From an uncultured Gammaproteobacteria bacterium (GTDB lineage: Bacteria; Patescibacteriota; Microgenomatia; UBA10105; UBA927), in contig CAZGOA010000004.1 of the NCBI GenBank assembly GCA_964527425.1, forward strand, positions 35,691-99,690: a DNA stretch of 64,000 bases, in the 5' to 3' direction. Both the position numbers and the translations under genes were made by a program. Positions within the stretch are counted from its first letter, which is position 1. The number at the start of each line of letters is the position of its first letter. Positions 26,644-37,935 of the stretch are shown here, piece after piece. Under the pieces are notes generated by a model. That model did no database searches and was not told where the DNA came from. It saw only the letters and a program-made list of their open reading frames with translations.

Positions 26644-28647
26644 ATGGCCAACACAAAGCAGTCGCAGTCCGGTAACATACAGACGGGCGGGACTATTCCC
26701 CCAGAACCCTCTCCTACGCCACCAGAACAACCTTCTGGTTCATTTGTTATAGCAGATTTACCTGCTACACCGCCACCAGAGACTACGCCGTCCTCTCAAG
26801 GGAGTGACATTTCGCCACCACTACCGCCCCCCGTTACGTCTGGACCAATGTCTCCGCCTCAAATGACTGTTGAATCGATACCAGATTTACCTGCTCCTCC
26901 ACAACCAGAGACTGCGCCATTCTCTCAAGGGAGTGACAATTCGCCGCCACTACCGCCCCCCGTTACGTCTGGACCAATGTCTCCACCTCAAATGACTGTT
27001 GAATCGATACCAGATTTACCAGTCACATCGCCATCTCAGGGAGTGAACGATTCGTTAACCAATATGTCTCCACCAACGTCAGAGATACCAGGAAACAATT
27101 CTCCAAGCACTGTTTCACCGCCACCTCAAATGAAAGTGGAACCAATACTTGATATGCCAGAGCCGATTCCGTCTTCATCGTATACTCCTAATGTGGAAAT
27201 TCCTTTACCTCCTCCAAATCAAACTGCTGGGAACACCTCAAATACTGCCCAGACTAACAGCTTTATGCCACAGGGGTTGATGTCGGAACAGCCACCAGCT
27301 TCTCCACCATTTGTCTCTCCACCTATCTCTGTGCCTTCGAGGAGTAACCCTTTAAAGTGGATTTTTTTATTGTTAATTATTGTGTTGCTAGGATTGGGTG
27401 CATTTTTAGGAATTCGTTTAGGAGGTCAGGCAATTAATAATAATAAGGAAGTAACCTTGACATATTGGGGATTATGGGAAAATGATGCAATAGTTCGACC
27501 AATTATTGAAGCATTTGAAGCAGAGAATCCCAAAATAAAGGTCTCCTATGTAGCTCAAAATCATAAAGAATATCGACAGCGACTAGAGGCTGCTATTAAC
27601 AGAGGTGATGGCCCAGATTTATTTAGGTACCATGCAACCTGGATACCAATGTTGAGAAATCAAATAGAACCAGTTCCTGGCGAAGTCATGCCGGCAGCAG
27701 AATTTAGCTCAAAGTATTATCCAGTGATTGTAAATGATTTATTAGCTGGATCAACCCTTTGGGGAATTCCCTTTATGATTGATGGGTTAGGTCTTTATAT
27801 TAATGAAGATCTTTTTGCATCAGCTGGAGTGTTTCCTCCGAAAACGTATGAAGAGTTGTTGTCTATTGTCCCTCGATTAACTGTTAAAGACGGTGATACG
27901 ATAGTGACATCTGCAATAGCTCTTGGTACTACAAATAATATTGACCATTTTAGCGATATTCTTGGGTTGATGATTATGCAAAATGGAGGTTCATTAGCTC
28001 AGCCAATTGGCGAAGAAGCAGAACAGGCATTAATTTTCTATCGCAAATTTTCAACACCAAGTGATCCTCAATATACATGGAATGAGCTTCAGGATAATGC
28101 AGTTTCTGCCTTTGCCAACGGTAGATTGGCTATGATGATTGCTCCTTCATGGAGAGCATTTGATATTCGCAAGATAAACCCTACTATTAACTTCCGCATA
28201 GAACCTGTTCCGCAGTTGCCCGGAAAACCACTTACCTGGGCTAGTTATTGGGTGGAGGGTGTATCAAGTCAAAGTAATAACAAAGAACAAGCATTTACAT
28301 TTCTAAAATATTTAACCAGCGAGGAAACTGTTAAGCGTTTATATTCTGAAGCCGTAAAAACGCGTTTATTTGGTCCACCTTACGCCTTAAAAAATATAGG
28401 TACTCAGCTTGAGAGCGATCCGTTTGTTGGTGCATATATTCAGCAGGCAGAATATGCAAGATCGTTTCCGCTTGCCTCAAAAACACATGATAATGGCTTA
28501 AACGATCAAATGATCGGATATATGGAAGATGCGATTAATTCAACTATTCAAGGAAACGCGCCTTCTGAAGCGTTAAATACCATGTCACAAGGATTTCAAC
28601 AGGTGTTATCTCGGTTTGGACTTGCTACATCTCGCTCAACTCAGTAA
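26644..28647 (+). CDS. ABC transporter extracellular solute-binding protein (family 1, sugar-type) with a roughly 230-aa N-terminal proline-rich repeat region and a membrane-spanning anchor
   Basis: The C-terminal 400 aa match the pattern of MalE-like solute-binding proteins (LTYWGLWENDAIVRPIIEAFEAENPKIKVSYV...). The membrane-spanning helix is WIFLLLIIVLLGLGAFLGI. No permease or ATPase genes lie adjacent. Confidence 0.65.
   Translation: MANTKQSQSGNIQTGGTIPPEPSPTPPEQPSGSFVIADLPATPPPETTPSSQGSDISPPLPPPVTSGPMSPPQMTVESIPDLPAPPQPETAPFSQGSDNSPPLPPPVTSGPMSPPQMTVESIPDLPVTSPSQGVNDSLTNMSPPTSEIPGNNSPSTVSPPPQMKVEPILDMPEPIPSSSYTPNVEIPLPPPNQTAGNTSNTAQTNSFMPQGLMSEQPPASPPFVSPPISVPSRSNPLKWIFLLLIIVLLGLGAFLGIRLGGQAINNNKEVTLTYWGLWENDAIVRPIIEAFEAENPKIKVSYVAQNHKEYRQRLEAAINRGDGPDLFRYHATWIPMLRNQIEPVPGEVMPAAEFSSKYYPVIVNDLLAGSTLWGIPFMIDGLGLYINEDLFASAGVFPPKTYEELLSIVPRLTVKDGDTIVTSAIALGTTNNIDHFSDILGLMIMQNGGSLAQPIGEEAEQALIFYRKFSTPSDPQYTWNELQDNAVSAFANGRLAMMIAPSWRAFDIRKINPTINFRIEPVPQLPGKPLTWASYWVEGVSSQSNNKEQAFTFLKYLTSEETVKRLYSEAVKTRLFGPPYALKNIGTQLESDPFVGAYIQQAEYARSFPLASKTHDNGLNDQMIGYMEDAINSTIQGNAPSEALNTMSQGFQQVLSRFGLATSRSTQ
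26757..27022 (+). repeat. Near-perfect tandem duplication (about 129-bp unit, roughly 2 copies) inside the solute-binding-protein gene, encoding the repeated peptide SPPLPPPVTSGPMSPPQMTVESIPDLP
   Basis: Copy at 26811-26893 against copy at 26940-27022 shows only a few mismatches, read directly from the sequence. Confidence 0.8.
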
Positions 28648-28655
28648 ATTCATCC

Positions 28656-29558
28656 ATGATGTGGACAATTAAACAAAGTATTCATGCAACCCTTATTTAT
28701 TCCGGGATATTTGAGTATCCCCTTAATGAATCTGAAATACTACGATATCTCATTAGACCGAATAAACAGCTGTTAACCAAGAGGGTAAAAGGATTACTTA
28801 AACACTTTCCTCAAAAGAACACGTTTTTTTCAGATTCAGATATTGCCAAAAGAGTAAAGTTAAGAGAGCAGAGAAAGGAAATTTCTATAACCAAATGGAA
28901 CACTGCTAAAAAGGGTTCATATTGGTTAAGTTATATTCCAACTATTGATTTTATCGGTGTAAGCGGAAGCTTGTCGATGAATAATGCAAAGACAGAAGAT
29001 GATATAGATTTATTCATTGTTTGTTATGCAAATACGATATGGTCAACCCGATTATTTGTTTTATTAATATTGACGCTACTGCGCAAAAGAAGAAAATTCG
29101 GCGATACAATAGAAAAAGACCTGTTGTGCCCTAACATGTTTGTCGCCAGTAGTCATTTGCGATTACCATATAACGAGCAGGATTTATACAGTGCACACGA
29201 AGTTGTGCAGGTTGAACCACTGTTTGTTAGAGGATTTACCTATCATAGATTCATCCTTGAGAATGAGTGGGTATCGACAATGTTACCGAATGCCTGGAAG
29301 TGGTCAATGAAAAAAGCACAATTAACTACCGTCTATCCAGTACATCTCGGAATAATAATTGGGAGAATATTGTTTTATCTACTTAATCCAGTCTGTAAAA
29401 TTCCCCAGCGTCTATTAATTGGGGTACATCGAACTTCAGAGATCATATCTGATTCAGTGTTGAGGTTTCATCCAAAGGATGTTCGGCCGTATATACACGA
29501 TAAATTTATACAGAAATTAACTAAAGCAGAGATCCCTCTTGACAGTCAATTTTTTTGA
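28656..29558 (+). CDS. Hypothetical protein with a possible polymerase-beta-type nucleotidyltransferase fold
   Basis: GVSGSLSMNNAKTEDDIDLFIV resembles the GS...DxD nucleotidyltransferase motif. This is a weak assignment. Confidence 0.3.
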   Translation: MMWTIKQSIHATLIYSGIFEYPLNESEILRYLIRPNKQLLTKRVKGLLKHFPQKNTFFSDSDIAKRVKLREQRKEISITKWNTAKKGSYWLSYIPTIDFIGVSGSLSMNNAKTEDDIDLFIVCYANTIWSTRLFVLLILTLLRKRRKFGDTIEKDLLCPNMFVASSHLRLPYNEQDLYSAHEVVQVEPLFVRGFTYHRFILENEWVSTMLPNAWKWSMKKAQLTTVYPVHLGIIIGRILFYLLNPVCKIPQRLLIGVHRTSEIISDSVLRFHPKDVRPYIHDKFIQKLTKAEIPLDSQFF

Positions 29559-29662
29559 GTGCTAAGATAGCAGTTACTTCAATTGACTGCCAAAAACAGT
29601 TCAATTTTAAGGTTCTGTTCAACTGTTTATATTAAATGTTTCATACTCTGAAAGGAGGTCAT

Positions 29663-29962
29663 ATGGCAAAAATGAATGTAAAGCCATTATTTGATCACGT
29701 ATTAATTCAGCCTTCAAAAGCTGAGGAAAAACTTCCCTCTGGGATAGTTCTACCAGATTCAGCAAAAGATAAACCCCAAATGGGTGTGATTATGGCTGTG
29801 GGTCCAGGTGCTGTCGATGATGGAAAAATTGTAGCTGGAAGTATGTATGTGAAAGTAGGACAAAAAGTAATGTATAAGAAATGGGGAGGGAATGAAATTA
29901 AAGTAAATGGAGAAGAGATGATGATTGTGGAACAAAAAGATATTTTAGCAATTGTTGAATAA
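29663..29962 (+). CDS. groES: Co-chaperonin GroES
   Basis: MAKMNVKPLFDHVLIQP...GIVLPDSAKDKPQMGVIMAVGPG. The start is taken at the ATG preceded by GGAGG (the ORF-track start at 29636 is probably too far upstream). Confidence 0.9.
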   Translation: MAKMNVKPLFDHVLIQPSKAEEKLPSGIVLPDSAKDKPQMGVIMAVGPGAVDDGKIVAGSMYVKVGQKVMYKKWGGNEIKVNGEEMMIVEQKDILAIVE

Positions 29963-30000
29963 TACTAACCTTCCGACGTTATGCATTAGGAAGGATTTAA

Positions 30001-31695
<1,695 letters not shown>

Positions 31696-31714
31696 AAATA
31701 ATTCAGGTATTAAT

Positions 31715-31750
31715 AAAGCCTCTGGATGTGCGCATTCAGAGGCTTTTGTT
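31715..31750 (+). terminator. Rho-independent terminator after groEL
   Basis: AAAGCCTCTG-(13-nt loop)-CAGAGGCTTT followed by TGTT. Confidence 0.7.
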
Positions 31751-31763
31751 ATAGTAAAGACAT

Positions 31764-32639
31764 ATGTTTGTTCTTGAAGAGTTAATAACACCAGATGGAT
31801 ACATTCATCAAGGAATTGCTGCTTACCCTAATAAGAAAGCAAAGCGAGCAATTGTGTGGGTTCATGGTTTAACTGGTACGTTTTATAGCAATAAAATATT
31901 GCTTACAGCCCTTGCTCAGAAATCAATAGAGGAGGGGATAGTATTTGTATCTTTTAACACACGTGGTCATGACATGATTGCAGGAATGAAAATTGTGGAT
32001 AACACCCAAAAAAAAGGATACAGGCATGGAATTGGTGGAGCTGGGTACGAGATTTTTGAAGAGAGTGTGTATGATATTGAAGGTGTTATTCATTTTTTAG
32101 AAGAAAAAGGTGTTAACGAAGTCGTTTTATTCGGACATAGTACAGGAGCAAATAAAGTAGCATACTACGCTGCAATAAAACAAGATAATCGAGTAAAGGG
32201 AATTATATTAGGTTCACCATTATCAGATAGATATGGACCTGAGGTTGATAGGTCAAAACTTACACAAGATATTCATATGATGAAAGAGTTAATTCAAAGT
32301 GGGAAAGGAGATGGACTTGTGATGGGAAAAACATTCTTTCCACTAACTCCTAAGCGATTTTTGTCTTTAGTAGTTCCCGGAGCAGAAGATCAAATGGGAT
32401 ATGGTGAAAATCCTCCGTATTTACCATATGTTTCAAAGATCACAATGCCATTATTCGTTTTGCTGGGCAGTAGTGACGAATATCTTGATAGGCCAGCTCA
32501 AGATGTATTAAGAGTGTTTAAGCAAGTATCGACAAGTAAGGCTTATACTGAAGATCTGCTACCTAATGCGTTACATAGTTATAACGGATTAGAAGATATG
32601 GTTGCAGATAAGGTTGCATCATGGGTTTTGGGATTATAA
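31764..32639 (+). CDS. Alpha/beta hydrolase fold protein
   Basis: Nucleophile elbow GHSTG, with HG upstream (IVWVHGLTG). Confidence 0.6.
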   Translation: MFVLEELITPDGYIHQGIAAYPNKKAKRAIVWVHGLTGTFYSNKILLTALAQKSIEEGIVFVSFNTRGHDMIAGMKIVDNTQKKGYRHGIGGAGYEIFEESVYDIEGVIHFLEEKGVNEVVLFGHSTGANKVAYYAAIKQDNRVKGIILGSPLSDRYGPEVDRSKLTQDIHMMKELIQSGKGDGLVMGKTFFPLTPKRFLSLVVPGAEDQMGYGENPPYLPYVSKITMPLFVLLGSSDEYLDRPAQDVLRVFKQVSTSKAYTEDLLPNALHSYNGLEDMVADKVASWVLGL

Positions 32640-32936
32640 ATATTGCTCACTCCACTGATGCATAGCTAAAATAATTTGTTTTAAGGCTGAACCCTTCGGT
32701 GTGAGTGAATACTCTACTTTTAATGGAACCATAGGATATATTTTTTTCTTTACTATTCCCTGTTTTTCTAATTCTTTTAGCCTAACTGATAGTGTTTTAG
32801 AAGAAATACCTGGTAGGCTTTTTTCGATTTCACCAAAACGTTTTGTACCTTCACAGAGTTCACGTAATAGAAATATTGTCCATTTACTGCCAATAATTTT
32901 CAAGGCTTTTTGAGTAGCAAATTGGTTATGATACAT
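32634..32936 (-). CDS. HxlR-family winged-helix transcriptional regulator
   Basis: GSKWTIFLLRELCEGTKRFGEIEKSLPGISSKTLSVRLKELE is the HxlR signature. Confidence 0.75.
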   Translation of the reverse strand: MYHNQFATQKALKIIGSKWTIFLLRELCEGTKRFGEIEKSLPGISSKTLSVRLKELEKQGIVKKKIYPMVPLKVEYSLTPKGSALKQIILAMHQWSEQYL

Positions 32937-33013
32937 ACTTACTTTATTGTAACTACTTTACAAAAGAAAGTATAGAGTGTATTGTAATTTTACTTATACG
33001 AAAGGATACACAT

Positions 33014-33628
33014 ATGTCACAATGGAACATCTTAGCAGAACAATCTTCTATAGAAAATACAGTTCAAGCTTTAAAAAGAAACGGAATAACAGCTGTTATT
33101 GTCGAAACAGCTGAAAAAGCAAAAGCATATGTTGCTTCGCTTCTACCTAAACAAGCAGAAGTGATGACAATGACCTCAGTTACACTTGATAGTGCTGGTA
33201 TCAGTGAAATGATTAATGAATCTGCAACGTTTAATGCTGTCAAACCCAGACTATTTTCTATGGACAGAGAAACCCAGGGTAATGAGATGAATAAACTGGG
33301 AGCAGCACCGGAATATGCTGTAGGAAGTGTTCACGCCGTGACAGAAGATGGAAATGTGATTATCGCTTCAAATACAGGAAGTCAGCTTCCGGCATATGCG
33401 TATGGATCACCGCATGTTATCTGGGTAGTTGGAACGCAAAAAATTGTTAAAAATGTCGATGAGGCGATGAAGAGAATTAACGAATATGTATTACCCTTAG
33501 AATCTGAACGAGCGAAAAAAGCGTATGGAGTTGAAGGCAGTAATGTAAGTAAAGTATTGATTATAAGCAAAGAAATTAATCCGGAAAGAATAACAATCGT
33601 CTTTGTAAAAGAAGTATTGGGGTTCTAA
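33014..33628 (+). CDS. LUD-domain (LutC/YkgG-like) protein
   Basis: The size and pattern resemble the LUD/DUF162 family. It is divergent from the HxlR regulator. Moderate confidence. Confidence 0.4.
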   Translation: MSQWNILAEQSSIENTVQALKRNGITAVIVETAEKAKAYVASLLPKQAEVMTMTSVTLDSAGISEMINESATFNAVKPRLFSMDRETQGNEMNKLGAAPEYAVGSVHAVTEDGNVIIASNTGSQLPAYAYGSPHVIWVVGTQKIVKNVDEAMKRINEYVLPLESERAKKAYGVEGSNVSKVLIISKEINPERITIVFVKEVLGF

Positions 33629-34215
33629 AAGATATCTTCTGCTTGTAAATCTCCAGTCATTGTAAAAGGTCGACCAATTATCGTTAGTCTATTTTGTCCA
33701 ATTCTCTCTGCTAAACCTTGTGTTACTGCAACACTATTGTCATTAGGGGGTTCGATATTGAACGTATTAATTCTCACACTGCCTTTGGTATCTCCTATTT
33801 GTATTGGAATCTGAGTTCTCGGTCTCTCAGATCCGAAACTAATTTGCCCACCATACAGTCTTTTTATTATCTTCGCTTGTTCATCACTTAAGCAAATCCC
33901 TTCAAGTGGTCCTTTGATTTGTTCCTCAGGGTTTCTATTGAATCCTGCTTCTATATGAATTGGTGATTCAGGATCTATTTCTTCATTCTTTTCTTTTGCA
34001 AGTTTTGCTCTAATGAATTCGCTGAAACTCAGGGGAGTTCTGTTGCCAGGTAAAGTCCCGACACTCCTATCATTCAAGCTTCTTCGATATTGTGTGTAGT
34101 CGCTATCAAAAGTAATTAAATCCTCCAGCCTAACTACTATTGGTTGAGGAAGTAGGCTTTCATAATTAAAATCTCCCTCTCCAGGTGGAGGTGAACCTTC
34201 TCCATGATCGTTCAT
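33625..34215 (-). CDS. Hypothetical protein (196 aa) with an acidic/Pro-rich N-terminus
   Basis: ORF only, no recognisable motif. It is preceded by an (AAG)8 microsatellite. Confidence 0.4.
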   Translation of the reverse strand: MNDHGEGSPPPGEGDFNYESLLPQPIVVRLEDLITFDSDYTQYRRSLNDRSVGTLPGNRTPLSFSEFIRAKLAKEKNEEIDPESPIHIEAGFNRNPEEQIKGPLEGICLSDEQAKIIKRLYGGQISFGSERPRTQIPIQIGDTKGSVRINTFNIEPPNDNSVAVTQGLAERIGQNRLTIIGRPFTMTGDLQAEDIF

Positions 34216-34225
34216 AGAACAATTA

Positions 34226-34250
34226 TCTTCTTCTTCTTCTTCTTCTTCTT
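34226..34250. repeat. Trinucleotide microsatellite, (CTT)8 on the plus strand and (AAG)8 on the minus strand, in the 38-bp gap between the valS stop and the start of the 196-aa ORF
   Basis: tcttcttcttcttcttcttcttctt, read directly. It lies 11 nt upstream of the ATG at 34215 on the minus strand. Confidence 0.9.
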
Positions 34251-34253
34251 ACG

Positions 34254-36530
34254 TCAAGCAGCTGTTGGCCATGGTTGAGTTATTAATAATGAGGTGTTTT
34301 GTTCTATTTTTTGCCATATCGCTTCTGTTACAAATGGCACAAATGGGTGGAGAAGAATGAGAAATGTTTTTAATCCTTCTGTTAAGACAGGAAGTGATAT
34401 TGAGCCTGTCTTGCTTTTCTCAATTGCTTCATCACAGAAATAGTGCCAGAACTCTTGATATAAAGTCTCTGCTGCTAGACCAATTTGGAGATTATCGAGT
34501 TGTTTTGTTACTGTTTTTACCACTGCATCGACGTGTTTTTGAAATTGTTTATCCTCTGGACCTCCCTGGTTTTGTTGTGATTGTTCTTGTTGTTTGAGTT
34601 GGATAAAACGGGATGCGTTCCAGAGTTTGTTGGTAAAATTGCGCATACCTCGAATTTTCTCTTCACCTGTATTACTGTCTTTTCCAGCAGTTGTACTCAT
34701 GACTAGAGCTAAACGCAGTGCATCCGCTCCATATTTTTCTATCACAGTAATAGGATTAATCACATTTCCTTTACTTTTACTCATCTTTTGACCTTTTTCG
34801 TCTCTGACTAATCCATGAAGATACACTTTTTCAAACGGTACAGTGCCTGTCATCTCCAGTCCCATCATGAGCATTCTCATGACCCAGAAGATTAAAATAT
34901 CATAGGCAGTTTCCATAACTTGGGTAGGATAAAACCTTTCAAAATCCTTTTCTTGGTTTACTTTTAGTGTGGCAAAGGGCCATTGTCCTGAAGAAAACCA
35001 TGTATCAAAAGTATCAGTTTCTTGGATATACTCTGGCCCAGGTGAGGTTTGAGAGACAACAAATTTGGCATTTATAGGTGCTTTTACTGATTGAATTCCT
35101 TCTATAATCTCGTCCAGAGAATACGTTTTTAGGAGAGTCGAAACCGCGTCAGTTATAAGCTGTTTATCTTTTGTGAGAAAAGTAACGATTAATGATGGAT
35201 ATTCTTTTGTTGAATACCACGCAGGAATTTGAATACCCCATACAATTTGACGACTGATATTCCAATCTTTTAGAGTTTTTAACCAATGAGTCAATATTTT
35301 GTCATAACCAGGGCCATAAATGTTAACTTTTTTATCTTTGATGGCTTTTAAAACCTTTTTTGTCATTGGTTCGACTTTTAGGAAAAATTGAGGGAGAGGA
35401 AGTGGTTCAAGAATACTACCGCAACGATAACAGGTAGAGATAGTATGTTCATACTGTTCATCAACTTTTTCTAACAATCCATCTTCTTTAAGATGTTCAA
35501 TCATAAGAGGTCTCATTTTTGATACATGAAGACCATGATATTGTTGAGCTCGTTGTTGATATTTCTCTGGAACATCTTTTTGTGAAAGAAACCAGGAAAA
35601 ATCCATTTTGCCGTTCAGGTCAATTATGGGAGTTACCGGTAAATTGTGCGTTTTGCCAAGTTCAAAATCATGAAAATCGTGTGCAGGAGTTACCTTCATA
35701 ATTCCTGTTCCAAAGTGAGGGTCAACATCGGGATCTGCAATTACGGTCATTGTAATTGGTCCCAAAAGACCTTGGATCTCAAATGATTTTCCGATATGGT
35801 CTTTATAGCGTTTGTCTGTGGGGTTAACAGCCATTGCAGTATCTCTAAATTTTGTTTCGGGTCTTACTGTTGCAATCGTAAAGGGTCCGTACTTTATATA
35901 GATCATTGGATCTTTTCTTACTTCATGTTTCACTTCAAGTTCGGAATATCCGGTTCCGCAACGTGTACAGTAATTAATGAGTTTTACATCACGATAAATC
36001 ATATCCCGTTCATGAAGCGTTTTAAACGTTTCTTTCACTAAGGAAACAATTTTTGGATCTAATGTGAATGTAAAACGACTCCAGTCAGCAGAGGCGCCGA
36101 TTTTTTTCATTTGGGTTTTGGCAACACCAGCATTTTCTTGAACATAATCCCAAATCATTGTATAGAGTGTTTTTCTGTCAAAATCAAAACGGCTTTTTCC
36201 TTCTTTTTTAAGTTTCTTTTCGAATAAATATTGTGTTTCTATTCCAGCGTGATCAGCTCCCGGAAGCCAGAGTGTTGAAAATCCTTTCATTCGATGGTAG
36301 CGAATGAGGATATCTTCGAGTGTAATAAACATGGCATGACCAATATGAAGTGGATCATTTGCATTAGGCGGGGGCATAATGATGGTATAGGGTTTAGTAC
36401 TGGAATCTTTTGAAGGAGAAAATGTATTAGATTGTTCCCATACCGTATATATTCTATCTTCAGTGAGTGAAGCATTATATTGAGATTCCATGAGGGAATT
36501 GTAATAGAATTTTATTGTTACATCAAGCAA
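34254..36530 (-). CDS. valS: Valyl-tRNA synthetase (short form lacking the C-terminal coiled coil)
   Basis: PPPNANDPLHIGHA (the HIGH motif), the KMSKS motif (QKMSKSKGN), and the class Ia editing-domain architecture. Confidence 0.8.
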   Translation of the reverse strand: MLDVTIKFYYNSLMESQYNASLTEDRIYTVWEQSNTFSPSKDSSTKPYTIIMPPPNANDPLHIGHAMFITLEDILIRYHRMKGFSTLWLPGADHAGIETQYLFEKKLKKEGKSRFDFDRKTLYTMIWDYVQENAGVAKTQMKKIGASADWSRFTFTLDPKIVSLVKETFKTLHERDMIYRDVKLINYCTRCGTGYSELEVKHEVRKDPMIYIKYGPFTIATVRPETKFRDTAMAVNPTDKRYKDHIGKSFEIQGLLGPITMTVIADPDVDPHFGTGIMKVTPAHDFHDFELGKTHNLPVTPIIDLNGKMDFSWFLSQKDVPEKYQQRAQQYHGLHVSKMRPLMIEHLKEDGLLEKVDEQYEHTISTCYRCGSILEPLPLPQFFLKVEPMTKKVLKAIKDKKVNIYGPGYDKILTHWLKTLKDWNISRQIVWGIQIPAWYSTKEYPSLIVTFLTKDKQLITDAVSTLLKTYSLDEIIEGIQSVKAPINAKFVVSQTSPGPEYIQETDTFDTWFSSGQWPFATLKVNQEKDFERFYPTQVMETAYDILIFWVMRMLMMGLEMTGTVPFEKVYLHGLVRDEKGQKMSKSKGNVINPITVIEKYGADALRLALVMSTTAGKDSNTGEEKIRGMRNFTNKLWNASRFIQLKQQEQSQQNQGGPEDKQFQKHVDAVVKTVTKQLDNLQIGLAAETLYQEFWHYFCDEAIEKSKTGSISLPVLTEGLKTFLILLHPFVPFVTEAIWQKIEQNTSLLITQPWPTAA

Positions 36531-36541
36531 AATAAAAATTA

Positions 36542-36820
36542 TTATCTACGCCATGGAGGAGGTGGACTTGGTTCTTCAGACAAATCATATGCTGCTCTGG
36601 AATAAGAGCTTGGTAAATGATGAGGTCTGCTCTGTGGAGATTGAAATTCTGTATGATGCCACTTAAGCTTGCGATTATGTCTTAATGCTTTCTCCGCATG
36701 CTTTCTATTTTGCTCTTCAATGAAAGTAGCAGTGTTAAGAATCTCAATACTTGCTTCTGGAGATTTTTTATTATTGATGGATCGTTTAATACCGAGTATT
36801 ATTTGTTCAATATTTGACAT
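36542..36820 (-). CDS. Hypothetical small basic protein (92 aa)
   Basis: ORF only. Confidence 0.3.
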   Translation of the reverse strand: MSNIEQIILGIKRSINNKKSPEASIEILNTATFIEEQNRKHAEKALRHNRKLKWHHTEFQSPQSRPHHLPSSYSRAAYDLSEEPSPPPPWRR

Positions 36821-36892
36821 TGTCCAGAATTATATGCAGAGAATTTTAAAAAATAAAGGGTCTAAATAAATACTAAGTAGAGAATTTTGAAG

Positions 36893-37933
36893 TTATTGGA
36901 ATTGTGTAACAGAAAGAGTAGGCTTTGCGGAGATTAATCGGTAATTATGCGGTAATTGGTGATAATATGCATATGAACCAGTAATCACAGCATTATCTGT
37001 ACATATTTCTATGGGAGGAATATGAAGAACAATATTATGTTCTTGACATAATTCAGAAAATTTTTCTCTTAAGCGGGTATTTGCTGCAACACCGCCGCCC
37101 AAAAGAATAGAAGTAGCATTATGTATTTCTGCTGCTCGTATAGTTTTTTTTACTAATACGTCGGTAATTGCTTCTTGAATTTCATATGAATAGAGACGTA
37201 TTACATCTTCGTTCGTTTTATCAGTTTGTCTCATCCAGTTTCGTTGAACTGCTGTTTTTAACCCACTAAAAGAAAAATTAAAATTATCTTCATGAATAAG
37301 AGGACGGGGGAGTGACAATTGCTGTTGTTTTGTAAGATTATGTTTTGTGGCTGACTGTTGTATTGCCAGACCACCACCATTACCAAACCCTAAAAGCCGA
37401 GCAGTTTTGTCAAAAGCTTCTCCTGCAGCATCGTCGATAGTTCCTCCTAGCCAAGTCATTTCTTCCAGTGATTTCATGAGAAACAATTCTGTATGACCTC
37501 CGCTAACAATAAGTGCAACCGCCGGGAATGAAATAGTGGGAGAGTTAATAACATTGGCATAAACATGAGCAAGTACATGATTTACTGGGATTAGAGGTTT
37601 GTTTACTAAAAAAGATATTGTTTTAGCTGTTTCAACACCCATGAGTAATGATCCTATGAGGCCAGGACCAATGGTTACAGCTATTGCATCAATGTGTTGT
37701 TCAATGGTTTTAAAAAGGTTTTTTTCCTGTGGAAATGCTACTTCTAGGGCTTGTTGAATAACGGGAAGCATAAAGGTCAACTGTTCTCTGGAAGCTAATT
37801 CTGGCAAAATGCCGCCATATTTACTGTGAAGATCATGAGACGTTGATATAACTGAAGACAGTATGTTAGTCCCATCTTGCACTACTGCCGCAGCGGTTTC
37901 ATCACAAGATGATTCAATGCCAAGTATATTCAT
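36893..37933 (-). CDS. tsaD: tRNA N6-adenosine threonylcarbamoyltransferase TsaD (Kae1/Gcp)
   Basis: MNILGIESSCDETAAAVV and the conserved His/Asp metal-binding sites of the family. Confidence 0.85.
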   Translation of the reverse strand: MNILGIESSCDETAAAVVQDGTNILSSVISTSHDLHSKYGGILPELASREQLTFMLPVIQQALEVAFPQEKNLFKTIEQHIDAIAVTIGPGLIGSLLMGVETAKTISFLVNKPLIPVNHVLAHVYANVINSPTISFPAVALIVSGGHTELFLMKSLEEMTWLGGTIDDAAGEAFDKTARLLGFGNGGGLAIQQSATKHNLTKQQQLSLPRPLIHEDNFNFSFSGLKTAVQRNWMRQTDKTNEDVIRLYSYEIQEAITDVLVKKTIRAAEIHNATSILLGGGVAANTRLREKFSELCQEHNIVLHIPPIEICTDNAVITGSYAYYHQLPHNYRLISAKPTLSVTQFQ

Positions 37934-37935
37934 GG

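Noticed and set aside
29969-29994. Hairpin CCTTCC-N14-GGAAGG between groES and groEL, considered as a terminator
   Set aside because: No T-run follows it. It is more likely an intercistronic processing or stability element, and it is too weak to call.
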